Positions 27,810-37,287 of a stretch of 56,263 nucleotides of DNA are shown here, one piece after another. Every line of letters begins with the position of its first letter. The stretch's first letter is position 1. Position numbers and translations under genes: made by a program. This DNA is from a virus (Duplodnaviria > Caudoviricetes), in the IMG/VR virus record IMGVR_UViG_3300032309_001984, positions 1-56,263 of that record; one strand, given 5' to 3'. A model generated the notes under the pieces. The model saw only the letters and a program-made list of their open reading frames with translations, did not search any database and was not told the origin of the DNA.

Positions 27810-28505
27810 AAGGCGTTCGTAATGCCAAACCTCAAACCTTCTTTCCCCCAAACCTTCGAAGCGGGATTGTATCACAAACCTTCATATCTGTCAAACCATC
27901 ATATGCAGGGTTTGGGCATTATATCCTAGTTTTTAAGGTTTGTCAAGCCCATTTGCTGCATAAAAAAATCTCCCAAAACCAGGGAGAAATTGTCGATAAT
28001 CGTAATGTTTTTTAAACAAACCTTTATGAAATATTTAGAAACCAGGACATAATGGTTTGTTATTTACCATAGGGTTAGTTGTGTATACTTTAGGTCCCCG
28101 CCTTCGGCGTCCTTAACAGGATTATGATTCATTTCTGGGGCGGGGGACTTAGGAAAGAAAGCCTTAAGAGTAACAATAGAATACAACATACCAGTAAGAG
28201 TACCCATGAATTTATCAAACCCTACAGAGTCATGAGGTTGATCATGTCTATGGGATTTGTTCTGATACATCTGTGAAAAATGATCTCTGGCCATAATATA
28301 ATTATAACATGGTTTGACAAACCTGGTTTGATATGATATAAGGTTTGGGGAAATAAGGTTTGGATCGTAATGTTCTGCTGGGGGAAAGTTTTTGAGGTTC
28401 GTAATGTCTAGGTTTGGGGATTTTTTGGTTTGGATCGTAATAAGGTTTGAAGGTTTGAAATAGACACCGCCCCGTCCCAGCCCCGCAGGGCTAGAACAGA
28501 AGGTT
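27810..28505. repeat. Field of short CAAACC/GGTTTG and TCGTAAT repeats (iteron-like)
   Basis: More than 15 AAACC/GGTTT copies, mainly AAACC on the left and GGTTT on the right; TCGTAAT five times. Confidence 0.65.
28064..28294 (-). CDS. Hypothetical protein
   Basis: Leaderless promoter TGTTATAAT; lies inside the repeat field. Confidence 0.5.
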   Translation of the reverse strand: MARDHFSQMYQNKSHRHDQPHDSVGFDKFMGTLTGMLYSIVTLKAFFPKSPAPEMNHNPVKDAEGGDLKYTQLTLW

Positions 28506-28765
28506 TAGTCTCCGTCTAATAAATCTGCAATGTCCTCAAACCCTGTATCCTCAGTATCTAAACCTTCAATAAATAAATCCCATGTTTCATTTATGTATTG
28601 CTCTAGTGTTGTAGTATGATTGATGATACCCTCGGCAAATGCAAAAGCAAGTGGCAAACCTAAATCATTGTATTCAAAGAAATCTGCCCATTCGTCCTCA
28701 CCCTTGAATTGAATCCAAAGTTGTCCTAAGATTAGTGCCTTGTTCTCAAAGGTTGTTGTAAGCAT
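28505..28765 (-). CDS. Hypothetical acidic protein
   Basis: GAAGG SD before MLTTTFENK. Confidence 0.65.
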   Translation of the reverse strand: MLTTTFENKALILGQLWIQFKGEDEWADFFEYNDLGLPLAFAFAEGIINHTTTLEQYINETWDLFIEGLDTEDTGFEDIADLLDGD

Positions 28766-28952
28766 AGTTAGTACCTTCCTTAGTTTCTTTTGCTGACTCT
28801 GCGATTGTCTGTACTCTATTGTACACGACATGGGGCTGAGATTTTGCTAGGTATTCCCCGACTAATTCCAAATCAACTCTGAGGTCAGAAACCATGTTGC
28901 CCAATTTCATGGCAACCTTTTCTTCCTCTGTGACTCGCCTGCTTATACGCAT
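28746..28952 (-). CDS. Hypothetical protein
   Basis: GGGAG SD before MRISRR. Confidence 0.6.
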   Translation of the reverse strand: MRISRRVTEEEKVAMKLGNMVSDLRVDLELVGEYLAKSQPHVVYNRVQTIAESAKETKEGTNYAYNNL

Positions 28953-29044
28953 AGTTCTCCCTTGTATCCATTGTATCAAAAAGTGGGGGAAAGAGCAAGC
29001 CCCACGCCTGCCCCTTCCACCCTATAATCTAGAGGACCCACTCC

Positions 29045-29401
29045 CTAGATCTGCGACAGTAAAACTGGTCGATATGCTGCGATGAATAGGTCCCATTTGA
29101 CTGGAACGTTATCAGTGACAGTCTGATTAGTAAAGTCAATAACCACTGTCTGCTCGCCTAGGTCATAGTTAGTACCATTAATTGCATAGATTCCAAAGCC
29201 TGTCTCTTCTAGCACGGAATGCTGCATAAGATAACTAATAACCATACGGGTGCCATATGCTGCATCACTCCAACGTGGCTTGGCATGCATTAAGGCTTGG
29301 GCAATGTCCTGCTCCCAGCCGTCCTGTCCCCAGTGGCTGTAGAGTACAACGCTAGGGCCCTCATCCGAATCCTTGAATACAAAATTAATACGTGCTCCCA
29401 T
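29045..29401 (-). CDS. Hypothetical protein (MGAR ... YSHWG phage family)
   Basis: ORF in the early-type gene array. Confidence 0.7.
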   Translation of the reverse strand: MGARINFVFKDSDEGPSVVLYSHWGQDGWEQDIAQALMHAKPRWSDAAYGTRMVISYLMQHSVLEETGFGIYAINGTNYDLGEQTVVIDFTNQTVTDNVPVKWDLFIAAYRPVLLSQI

Positions 29402-29543
29402 TAGTTCTCTTCCTTCCAAGATACAATTGATAGTTGGCTTAAAATTTCATTGCATAGGGCTTCTTCATCTTCTGACTCAGCCTCGTATCTAAACGTCATG
29501 TAGTCGCCTGTTGGCTCAAAGATTACTTCTACTTTATATTCGC

Positions 29544-30014
29544 TCATTTAGTTTCCAATCCTACTAGGGTCATTTCTTCAATGGTAGCACAATTAGGGCA
29601 TTTTTCCAAATCCTGCTCTTGGAAGGCATCTCTAATAAGATTATCAGGGTCTTCCCATTCTGAGTCACAGGCCTCACAGTAGTACCATGGAATTCCTACC
29701 TGAACCTGAATGGTCGTGTCAGGTGGGCAAGGTACCTCAGTGACAAAGTATCCTATTCTATTTACAAATCCCCAGCCGTTCCAGATATACATGCCACCGT
29801 CGTCACCGTCGCCAAGCATCCATATACGGTCTTCAGGGATAGACTTAACAAACTCTACCTCTGAGCCATATGTCTCAAACATATGTCCGTCAAATGAGGA
29901 GGTGGTTTCAAGGTGATTCTTGATAGGCTTATAAGTGTTAAACCAATCCTCTTCAGTCATTTCGATAAAGCGTTCGTTAGTTGACATCTTTACCTGCAGG
30001 CTCGTATTGCTCAT
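29544..30014 (-). CDS. Hypothetical protein (FETYG ... VNRIGY, C-terminal Zn ribbon)
   Basis: ORF; start uncertain. Confidence 0.7.
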   Translation of the reverse strand: MSNTSLQVKMSTNERFIEMTEEDWFNTYKPIKNHLETTSSFDGHMFETYGSEVEFVKSIPEDRIWMLGDGDDGGMYIWNGWGFVNRIGYFVTEVPCPPDTTIQVQVGIPWYYCEACDSEWEDPDNLIRDAFQEQDLEKCPNCATIEEMTLVGLETK

Positions 30015-30186
30015 CGTAGATTAGGAAGTAGGCAACTGACAATGCTTCTGCATAGCCTTCTGCATAAGTGCGTTCCATAGATACCATAGCGTCACTATAG
30101 TCATCTTCTTCTTCCTCTTTAGCAATCTCGCTAAATTCTTTCCAAGCATCGTCAATCATGTCACGAAGCATTTCTTGTGGGGTCAT
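29977..30186 (-). CDS. Hypothetical acidic protein
   Basis: GAGGAG SD. Confidence 0.6.
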   Translation of the reverse strand: MTPQEMLRDMIDDAWKEFSEIAKEEEEDDYSDAMVSMERTYAEGYAEALSVAYFLIYDEQYEPAGKDVN

Positions 30187-30425
30187 ACTAGGCTCTCCTC
30201 TATGTGTTTTCTGTCTATAGATAAATTATACGTCAAGACGTAGCAGTTTGTCAAGGCCTGCAGATACCCTTGCAAAAATCTGTCGTCATTGTCTCCGTCA
30301 AGGAGTTGCTCTACATCAAGCATTTCGTTTTTAAGGTAGCCGTGCATTAGATCGATTAATGGGATAGTTACATCCTCTAATCCTTTTTCTAAATAGTCGG
30401 GGAGAAAGGGATACTTATCACTCAT
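30183..30425 (-). CDS. Hypothetical protein
   Basis: Coupled ORF. Confidence 0.6.
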   Translation of the reverse strand: MSDKYPFLPDYLEKGLEDVTIPLIDLMHGYLKNEMLDVEQLLDGDNDDRFLQGYLQALTNCYVLTYNLSIDRKHIEESLV

Positions 30426-30570
30426 TGATTACCTCGATTAAATGTTTAACAGCGTAGATTTGTCCCTCGATATCTACCACATGAATAGAAGCAGGGTTTT
30501 CTTCAAGGTCTTGTTCAAGACTTATAAGGTGCAGGCTTAGGTATTGCTTAAAGGTTTCTAGGTCCATATA

Positions 30571-30810
30571 TTAATTATACGGGTTGGTGTTGATTTTTAC
30601 AAGCCGAGAGGGTGTGACCTTGATCACAGGTTCATAGTCAGGGGTGGGATCTTCATCCACATGGGTAGCAGTGGCATCCCACTTGCTTAATAGGATTACA
30701 TGTGATGTGGCATGGCAAATGCATGCGGGATCAATCTGAGGCTCAACAGATGCAGTAATCTCTATAAGAGCATCACAGTCAGTACAAAGATAGGTAAACT
30801 TAGTCCACAT
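30571..30810 (-). CDS. Hypothetical Cys-containing protein
   Basis: GAGG SD; CxxC...CxC. Confidence 0.55.
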   Translation of the reverse strand: MWTKFTYLCTDCDALIEITASVEPQIDPACICHATSHVILLSKWDATATHVDEDPTPDYEPVIKVTPSRLVKINTNPYN

Positions 30811-31359
30811 TAGCAGTCCTCACAAGTAGTATCACCGTAGGTAATAGAGACTCCACATTCAGAGCACCAAGACTCATCATACATTCCCATTAGTCAAAGT
30901 ACCCTTCTGCCCATAGGCCTTGTAAGAAATCTTGTGCCATAACTAAATAATTATGAATGGCAGGGTTTTGGTCTGCATCAAGCATGAAGTCAGCAGTTTT
31001 AACTCCGTAAACCATGTTATCTAAATCTTCCAATGTATAGCCTAACATTAGTTCTCCTCATCCCACCAGTATTTGACTATTGTATTCAAGGTAGTGTGGA
31101 TGTTACAATCACAATCCCCACCGTTCATATTTTCCATGTATTCGAGATGTTGTTCATTGTCCATATACATCTCATTGACTAGTTCGTCAATTGTTCTCAT
31201 TGTTTGGGTCATGTCTTAATTATGACAGGATTTTGGGGAAATGTCAAGTCTATCGTAAAGATTTTTAAGTTTGACATTTTTTGGGGGATTTCTATTTATC
31301 TTCGTAAAGATTTTTAAAGTTGACATTTTTTGAAAGTTGTGACCGCCCCATTTTCTTTG

Positions 31360-31433
31360 CGATTCCAACGGGACTTGAACCCGTAGCCTCTACCGTGACA
31401 GGGTAGCGATCTAACCAATTGATCTATGGAACC
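31360..31433 (-). tRNA. tRNA-Asp(GUC)
   Basis: CTACC-CTGTCAC-GGTAG; T loop TTCAAGT; G73. Confidence 0.9.
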
Positions 31434-31437
31434 TTGC

Positions 31438-31464
31438 GAGCAGTTTTTATTCTTGCTCAGGAAT
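31438..31464 (-). ncRNA. H-type pseudoknot repeat element (one of seven copies)
   Basis: ATTC-CT-GAGCA-A-GAAT-AAAAAC-TGCTC; other copies at 13801(+), 15719, 32646, 33194, 33833, 36899(-). Confidence 0.65.
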
Positions 31465-31472
31465 TTTTTTAT

Positions 31473-32489
31473 TTATGCAATCTGCATTGTGCTTTGCACA
31501 ATTTTTAGCAAACGATTTTTTTCTGCGTTGATAGCAGGGTCAAATCCTGATGCTGATGCAAGAATGGATTCGTTAGAACCACCACGAGCAGAACGGTACC
31601 AATCAAGGCGTTCAGTTAGTGCATTGAAAGCACCCCACGCATTACCAGCAATCATTCCGTTAAACTCGCCTGTGTAAATGTCGTTAATAACATCTACCTT
31701 GTTTTCCCATTTCTTGAAAGCACCCTTAGCATCTGCTTCTGGCTTTGGGTATGCAGCAAGAATGATGTCGTTGAATTGCTTAGCAGAAACTTCCTTCTCA
31801 ATCATAGCCTTAGCCATGAGGTCAAAAGAATCCATGTACTTATGAGCCATGCCAAGAGTCTCACGAGCAACGGCAACCTTACCTGATGCTGTTTGCGTGT
31901 GACGAATCTTGAATGATTGCTTAACGCCATTTTTCTTTTTGGTTGTGTTAAGTGCAAGATTGAGAGTATTAGCACACACTACACGAACAGGTGTAATACT
32001 TGCTTGAATAGCAATCGAGCCATCGTGTGATGTGTTGATGAGCAAATAAGTTTTTACCTTGTCTGCAACTCCGTTAGGGTCAAGAATTGTTTCACGCTCT
32101 AATGCCAATGCACCGAACACGACACGTCCACCCTTGATTGAGCCAGCCGTCTCCCAACGTCCACCACCATCAAGAATGTTATCACCGAATGAGAATAAAT
32201 CTTCATTTTGCATAACATGATAACGTTCACCAACGACACCAAGAATGTCTGTCTGTGTTGTATCTGTAGGGTTAGTACGCAATACGTACTGATAGTTTTT
32301 ATCGCTTGTTAAATGTGATGGGGTTTCCAAATCTTCCAGACGAACATTCCAATTATTTAGATTGGCAGCAGCAAGCATTTCGCTTGTTGTTTTTTCTTCT
32401 GTAAATACGGTACCCAATCCATGCCAAGCAGGTTCACGAAATGATGCGAATGAAACTTTACCATTTTGTGATTCTAGTTCATGTGCCAT
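31473..32489 (-). CDS. DUF932-family phage/plasmid protein
   Basis: MAHE ... PAWHGLG, Y..MQNE, ETAGS..GG, NTSHDGS, TPVRVVCANTL. Confidence 0.9.
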   Translation of the reverse strand: MAHELESQNGKVSFASFREPAWHGLGTVFTEEKTTSEMLAAANLNNWNVRLEDLETPSHLTSDKNYQYVLRTNPTDTTQTDILGVVGERYHVMQNEDLFSFGDNILDGGGRWETAGSIKGGRVVFGALALERETILDPNGVADKVKTYLLINTSHDGSIAIQASITPVRVVCANTLNLALNTTKKKNGVKQSFKIRHTQTASGKVAVARETLGMAHKYMDSFDLMAKAMIEKEVSAKQFNDIILAAYPKPEADAKGAFKKWENKVDVINDIYTGEFNGMIAGNAWGAFNALTERLDWYRSARGGSNESILASASGFDPAINAEKNRLLKIVQSTMQIA

Positions 32490-32690
32490 GAGTTTTCTCC
32501 TTTTTGTTTTGTTGATAGTTTAAGTATAACAGGACAGGCTGACAAATGCAAATCGGGATAGTTAGACATGGGGCAATTCGGACATATCGTAACCTCTATG
32601 TGATATTGATCACACGGGGCGGTCCGCATTTTGCAGGGAACAGAGGAGCAGTTTTAAAACATGCTCAGGTTTATTATTAGTAGCCCCCTA

Positions 32691-33119
32691 CTAAATATCT
32701 ATTCTGTCAACACTGGATGACAACCAAGAAATATTATCTGAGTTGTATTGAACGGTATCAAAATCAATATCGTGAATTTCATTCTGTGCACTCTCTTCAT
32801 CACGAGCATTAACGGTTACCGAATAAAGAACTGTAACTTCTAATTCGAATTCTTTTGTTAATTCAAATCCACATATGTCTGCAATCTCTTGTGCAGTGCT
32901 CTCATCGAACGTACCATTTTCAAGCGCTTCCAAGGTCCACTCTTGCATTTCATTACGCATACGGGTGCGTTCTGCTGATTCTGTGTATGAACGCTGAGTT
33001 ACTTTTTGAATGTGGTCTTCAAGTTGAGTAATACGCTCATCCTTGATTTTAATCTGAGACTGAAGGAATTCTTGCGTTGTGTTTGGTATTACTGTTACTG
33101 ATGTTTCTGTTTGGTCCAT
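32691..33119 (-). CDS. Hypothetical coiled-coil protein
   Basis: GAGG SD; TTGACA-N18-TACAAT promoter. Confidence 0.7.
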   Translation of the reverse strand: MDQTETSVTVIPNTTQEFLQSQIKIKDERITQLEDHIQKVTQRSYTESAERTRMRNEMQEWTLEALENGTFDESTAQEIADICGFELTKEFELEVTVLYSVTVNARDEESAQNEIHDIDFDTVQYNSDNISWLSSSVDRIDI

Positions 33120-33374
33120 GGGGGCCTCTTTCTGTTTGTTGGTTAATTCAATTGTATTGGGTACCACTGACATTTGTCAAGGACCCTTGCGGGAAGCCTT
33201 TTTGGATCATGCTTAGGATGTCTGCTTCTTTAGGCCTGCAGGAGCCTTGCTCTATAGTATTTCTATTATCGCCCTAATCAGCCTGGCGAAGGATCCCCAG
33301 GGGACGCTTGCTATAAATAGCGTGGAACGCAGGGGATAATGAGTGGGGCTTTTACACCCCACCCAATTATCTAA

Positions 33375-33797
33375 TTAGAGATAACGAGAAACTGCTTGAT
33401 AAGTTGATGTGGAAACTACTTCCTCATCTGTCATCTTTAGAATACGAATAGCATTAGAGATTTCCTCTTTCTGCTCACGATAGTTATACAAAGATACTGA
33501 CTCGAAATCCTTTTCAGGCTCTTTAGGGAAATCCTTTTCGCTAACTGTTAAGTCATAGTCAATGTTGAGTGAGTTGTTCCATGAACGATAATTGGTGCGA
33601 AAGTTCTCAGCCTTTGAGATGTTAGCAACGGCAAACTCGCTAACTTCTTTCTGCCATGCTTTGCGTAGCAGTTCGTATTTTGCTTCGTTGGCTTCTTGTG
33701 ATGTGTAGTCAAGTTCTAGTTTATCTAGTGACTTTTGTAGTGCTTCGATTACTCGTTGAGTAGGTATCTTTACGCTAATTGCTTTCTGTCGTGCCAT
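33375..33797 (-). CDS. Hypothetical protein
   Basis: AAGGA SD; hairpin GTGGGG/CCCCAC downstream. Confidence 0.75.
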   Translation of the reverse strand: MARQKAISVKIPTQRVIEALQKSLDKLELDYTSQEANEAKYELLRKAWQKEVSEFAVANISKAENFRTNYRSWNNSLNIDYDLTVSEKDFPKEPEKDFESVSLYNYREQKEEISNAIRILKMTDEEVVSTSTYQAVSRYL

Positions 33798-33870
33798 TGG
33801 GTCTGTTTCCTTTTCTGTTAGTTGGGGGTGGTGAGCCTTTTGTATTCATGCTCAGGAATTAGTAATTAGA

Positions 33871-34038
33871 TTACTTAGCCGTCCATGTAGTGTAACGAGT
33901 GTTACCATCTACATCTAACTTTACACGAACACTCTGACCATTTGGGTTAGGTGTGATTTCTTGGATAACTCCTGTTACCTTTGACTTCTGTGTTGTGTAG
34001 AGGTCTCCGACTTTGTATGTTGCTGTTGCTACTGACAT
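33871..34038 (-). CDS. Small beta-rich protein (55 aa)
   Basis: MSVATATYKVGDLYTTQKSKVTGVI...; own promoter upstream. Confidence 0.65.
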   Translation of the reverse strand: MSVATATYKVGDLYTTQKSKVTGVIQEITPNPNGQSVRVKLDVDGNTRYTTWTAK

Positions 34039-34143
34039 TATTTTCTCTTTTCTGTTTAGGGGTTGTTATTTGGTTATACCTAAGTATAACATTTTGCAGA
34101 TTAAAATGTCAAATCCATTTCTGACATTTCTCACATTTTGAGA

Positions 34144-34314
34144 TTACTTAGAGGTCTTAACCATAGCCAAACGGCGTGAGCCATTTGCTAGGACTAGAGA
34201 AACTCTAGTAACCTTATTAGACATTGGTTCGAAACCTGCGATACGACCTGTAACGCCTGTCTTGCTTGTTGTGAATAAATCACCAATTTGGTAAGTGTAT
34301 CCTGATAGTGTCAT
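34144..34314 (-). CDS. Small beta-rich protein, paralog of 33871-34038 (56 aa)
   Basis: MTLSGYTYQIGDLFTTSKTGVTGRI... Confidence 0.65.
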   Translation of the reverse strand: MTLSGYTYQIGDLFTTSKTGVTGRIAGFEPMSNKVTRVSLVLANGSRRLAMVKTSK

Positions 34315-34557
34315 TTGGGTCTTGCCTTTCTGTTGTGGGGGTTAATTGCTTATAGTATAATTTTAGCAGAAAAATGTCATAAATACCAATTTTGGGGGGG
34401 TTCTAGGGTGTGTGCTTAATCACATCTTAAAGGCGTGTCGTAACTTGACAAACCCAAAGTTGGGGGCCGCCCCATTTCTGCAGGGGATTTACTGATAAAA
34501 AAATAACATTAACAACATCCACACAAGGAATATGATTTGTGTTTTACTCACAGTGTC

Positions 34558-35280
34558 TCATTTCTTAGTAGCAGAAAAAATTATGTCACTCTTAGAGTAT
34601 ACACACAATGAGCAAGAAACGCAAGCCGAGCCATTAGTTGAGATAAGTGGAATCTGTTTATTATTCTCAGGACACTTAGCAGCAGGTCGTCCGATCATTT
34701 CTTTTACATCGGCTTGACCAATAGCAAAATTCTTAGCAAGGTATGCCATGCGTACACCACTGTTAATTTTTAGGTCAACGGCAGTTTTAACATTTTCACT
34801 GTCTGCAGAAAAGTACAATGATAAATTAGATACATCCTTAAGAATAAGTGCTGCACTCTTCACACGTGTGTATACCCAAAATTGAATCTCAGGATTATCA
34901 AGGATAATAGTCTTCCATGCATTGGTGTAAGTATCATTGAAGAAATCTCCGTCCCAGTGGATACGGAATAGCATAGGGGCGTCTTTCTTGACACAGTCAT
35001 TCTTGAATTCTGTGATCATCTCAGAAAGCAATGCTTCCATGGTATCTTGCTCAGCGTCTTTAAGCAATTCCCAATTGTGAAGAAGGTTAGCCTTTACTCC
35101 CTTGAATAACTTTTCGAGTTTTCCCGCATAGCATACTGACTCACATACACTCGTGGCACCAGGACACGAGAAAGCCTTTCCAGCAGGTAAACCAAAGGTA
35201 TTTGCGATTGCTGCTTGCTTTCCATTTTTTGTGACAAGGTTAGCCACCTTTCTATCATTAGAGCGTTTTAGTTTAGTCAT
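34558..35280 (-). CDS. GP88-like protein (radical-SAM-like Cys motif)
   Basis: FGLPAG...CPGAT..C...CYA, FRIHWDGDF, WVYTR, C-terminal CP...C..C..C. Confidence 0.75.
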   Translation of the reverse strand: MTKLKRSNDRKVANLVTKNGKQAAIANTFGLPAGKAFSCPGATSVCESVCYAGKLEKLFKGVKANLLHNWELLKDAEQDTMEALLSEMITEFKNDCVKKDAPMLFRIHWDGDFFNDTYTNAWKTIILDNPEIQFWVYTRVKSAALILKDVSNLSLYFSADSENVKTAVDLKINSGVRMAYLAKNFAIGQADVKEMIGRPAAKCPENNKQIPLISTNGSACVSCSLCVYSKSDIIFSATKK

Positions 35281-35531
35281 GAGGGCCTCTTTCTTTCTTT
35301 AATTCTATCATCAAGGACTGACATTTTTTACGGTCATACTTTTTCTTATTAGGTACGGCAGAGGCTGCATTGCTACGGCGTAATTCCATAAGCCTGCGTA
35401 ATTCCTCTTTACTTTTCTTCATAAACTAATCTTAGCAGACAGGGGGAAAAATGTCAACTAACGTAATTGGGATATTCTGTACAAAACGGACATTGGCACC
35501 GCCCCGCATTTTTATGCAGGGGATTGATTAT

Positions 35532-35771
35532 TTATTCTTCATCAATAAAAACATACAACGGAATTAAATCAGTATAAGCATACTGACTAACTTCCTTTTC
35601 ACCAAATTCATTTTGAGTTTGTATGTCATAGTTATCGCCTGTTGAATCAGACTCAATAAAAAGAACTTCAACAATGTCATCATTGACTCTAATTAAATCA
35701 CCAAGCATAACTTGGTCTGGTGTTAAATCATCAGCGTGGATCAATTTCATGTTTACCATTGTATCAGACAT
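35532..35771 (-). CDS. Hypothetical protein
   Basis: Coupled ORF. Confidence 0.6.
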   Translation of the reverse strand: MSDTMVNMKLIHADDLTPDQVMLGDLIRVNDDIVEVLFIESDSTGDNYDIQTQNEFGEKEVSQYAYTDLIPLYVFIDEE

Positions 35772-36094
35772 TATTCTAATCCTAACCCTAACTCATAACC
35801 TGCATCTTCACCATAGTATTCGTTTTCATCTTGTGGTAACCATGCATCTAAGTGGTGTTGCTCAATGATAGCCCATGCTGGTGCATGACTCATGCCCTTA
35901 TAGAATACGCCTTCAGGCATTGCAATGTATCTCATTGCGTCCATTTCTCGTGCAGCGTCTAACGCATCAATGCAAGGTTGTACCATGCTTAGAGGTACTG
36001 GTGGATAGTGATTACCTTGTAAGTGATAACCAATAGCCTGTTCAAGGCTTATGTCTAGGTTTGTTGCTAAGTCTATTGCTGTATTGTTTCCCAT
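35771..36094 (-). CDS. Hypothetical protein (HLQGNHYPPVP)
   Basis: Coupled ORF. Confidence 0.7.
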   Translation of the reverse strand: MGNNTAIDLATNLDISLEQAIGYHLQGNHYPPVPLSMVQPCIDALDAAREMDAMRYIAMPEGVFYKGMSHAPAWAIIEQHHLDAWLPQDENEYYGEDAGYELGLGLE

Positions 36095-36312
36095 TATCGT
36101 GTTACCACCATTCCTGTTTTGTAGAAAGTTTTTGTGTGCATCTTACCTGAAGGCTCAGATAAGTTAATTGTTGCGTACTCATTAGCAAATCCATGGTCAA
36201 TGAATTTTTGAAAAGTTTCAACGGCAGATAAAGCATCACTATAACGACCAACCCACTTAGGGGTAGGCTCAGAGTCATAGGTGCAAGTTACAGAGTATAG
36301 ATAGTCATTCAT
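36094..36312 (-). CDS. Hypothetical protein
   Basis: AAGGAG SD. Confidence 0.65.
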   Translation of the reverse strand: MNDYLYSVTCTYDSEPTPKWVGRYSDALSAVETFQKFIDHGFANEYATINLSEPSGKMHTKTFYKTGMVVTR

Positions 36313-36503
36313 TATTCATTCTCCTTATAGAATTCGTTCATTACTGTACTAGCGTACCATTCAGCGTATTCACTTTCAAGTGACACGCCCTTGTTGCACT
36401 CACAAAATTCTGAGTCGTATTCGCCTCCTGAGTTTCCCCAAAAGAGTACGCCTTCATCATGGCAATCAACACAATCTACCAAAAATTCAATTAAGTTACC
36501 CAT
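36312..36503 (-). CDS. Hypothetical protein (CxxC...CxC)
   Basis: AGGAG SD. Confidence 0.6.
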   Translation of the reverse strand: MGNLIEFLVDCVDCHDEGVLFWGNSGGEYDSEFCECNKGVSLESEYAEWYASTVMNEFYKENE

Positions 36504-36507
36504 TTAT

Positions 36508-36717
36508 TTATTCTCCTGTTTCTATTGCTACTGTTGCCCAAAAATCATTTATGCCACGAGTGGGGCTTACTCGTATTGCATAGGCTTGCAGGTTTTCACC
36601 ATACCAAATTGCATCACGCTTTTCTGCGTAGTTAATAATTCCCTCATCATGACGAGAAATTGAACGATAGTATTTTCCTACTAATAGATTATCTACTGAG
36701 TATTTTCTTGCTGACAT
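36508..36717 (-). CDS. Hypothetical protein
   Basis: AAGGA SD; TGTCAG-type promoter. Confidence 0.65.
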   Translation of the reverse strand: MSARKYSVDNLLVGKYYRSISRHDEGIINYAEKRDAIWYGENLQAYAIRVSPTRGINDFWATVAIETGE

Positions 36718-36930
36718 AGTGTCACTTCCTTTTCTTTAATTACTTTATTACTCTGTAATCCTATCATGGGGGGCTGACAAAAATCTAATTACTAGCCAGT
36801 AATTCCAAATAATGAGACGCTCAAAGCCTGTGATTAATCTCACATACTTAATCCACATCTTATCCACAGACACGCCCGAACGGGGCGGTCCCAAAATTGA
36901 GCAGTTTTAGATCTTGCTCAGGATTTCTTT

Positions 36931-37287
36931 TTATTTTTTAAGTAGTTGCCACTCTAGATAAGCAGGGTTAGAAGTTTCTAAACATTTAACCTTTACCTTT
37001 TTTAAATCTGCAAGTTTTGTAAGTATTCCAGTTTTATTTTCTTGTGCTAATGAACACTCTCCAAAATATCCAGATTTTTCTTTTGCTTTTAAAATAAAAA
37101 ACATTGAACTGCATGTGCTATCGCATTGTCTTAGTTTTACCTGTTGTCTTAGGTCTAGTCTTGCCTGCTCTAATCTAATTAAAGATTTTGGACCTGTCTC
37201 AAATAAATAGTTGTAAGATTCACCTGCACTAGCAGAAGAGATTGGAAGAATTAAAATAGTTAAAACAATTGCAATTAGTTTTTTCAT
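36931..37287 (-). CDS. Secreted hypothetical protein
   Basis: MKKLIAIVLTILILPISSASA signal peptide; more AT-rich than its neighbours. Confidence 0.65.
   Translation of the reverse strand: MKKLIAIVLTILILPISSASAGESYNYLFETGPKSLIRLEQARLDLRQQVKLRQCDSTCSSMFFILKAKEKSGYFGECSLAQENKTGILTKLADLKKVKVKCLETSNPAYLEWQLLKK

Noticed and set aside
33255-33290. Hammerhead ribozyme (CTGATTA...GAAA on the minus strand)
   Set aside because: The core deviates from CUGANGA and no stem II forms between the two motifs
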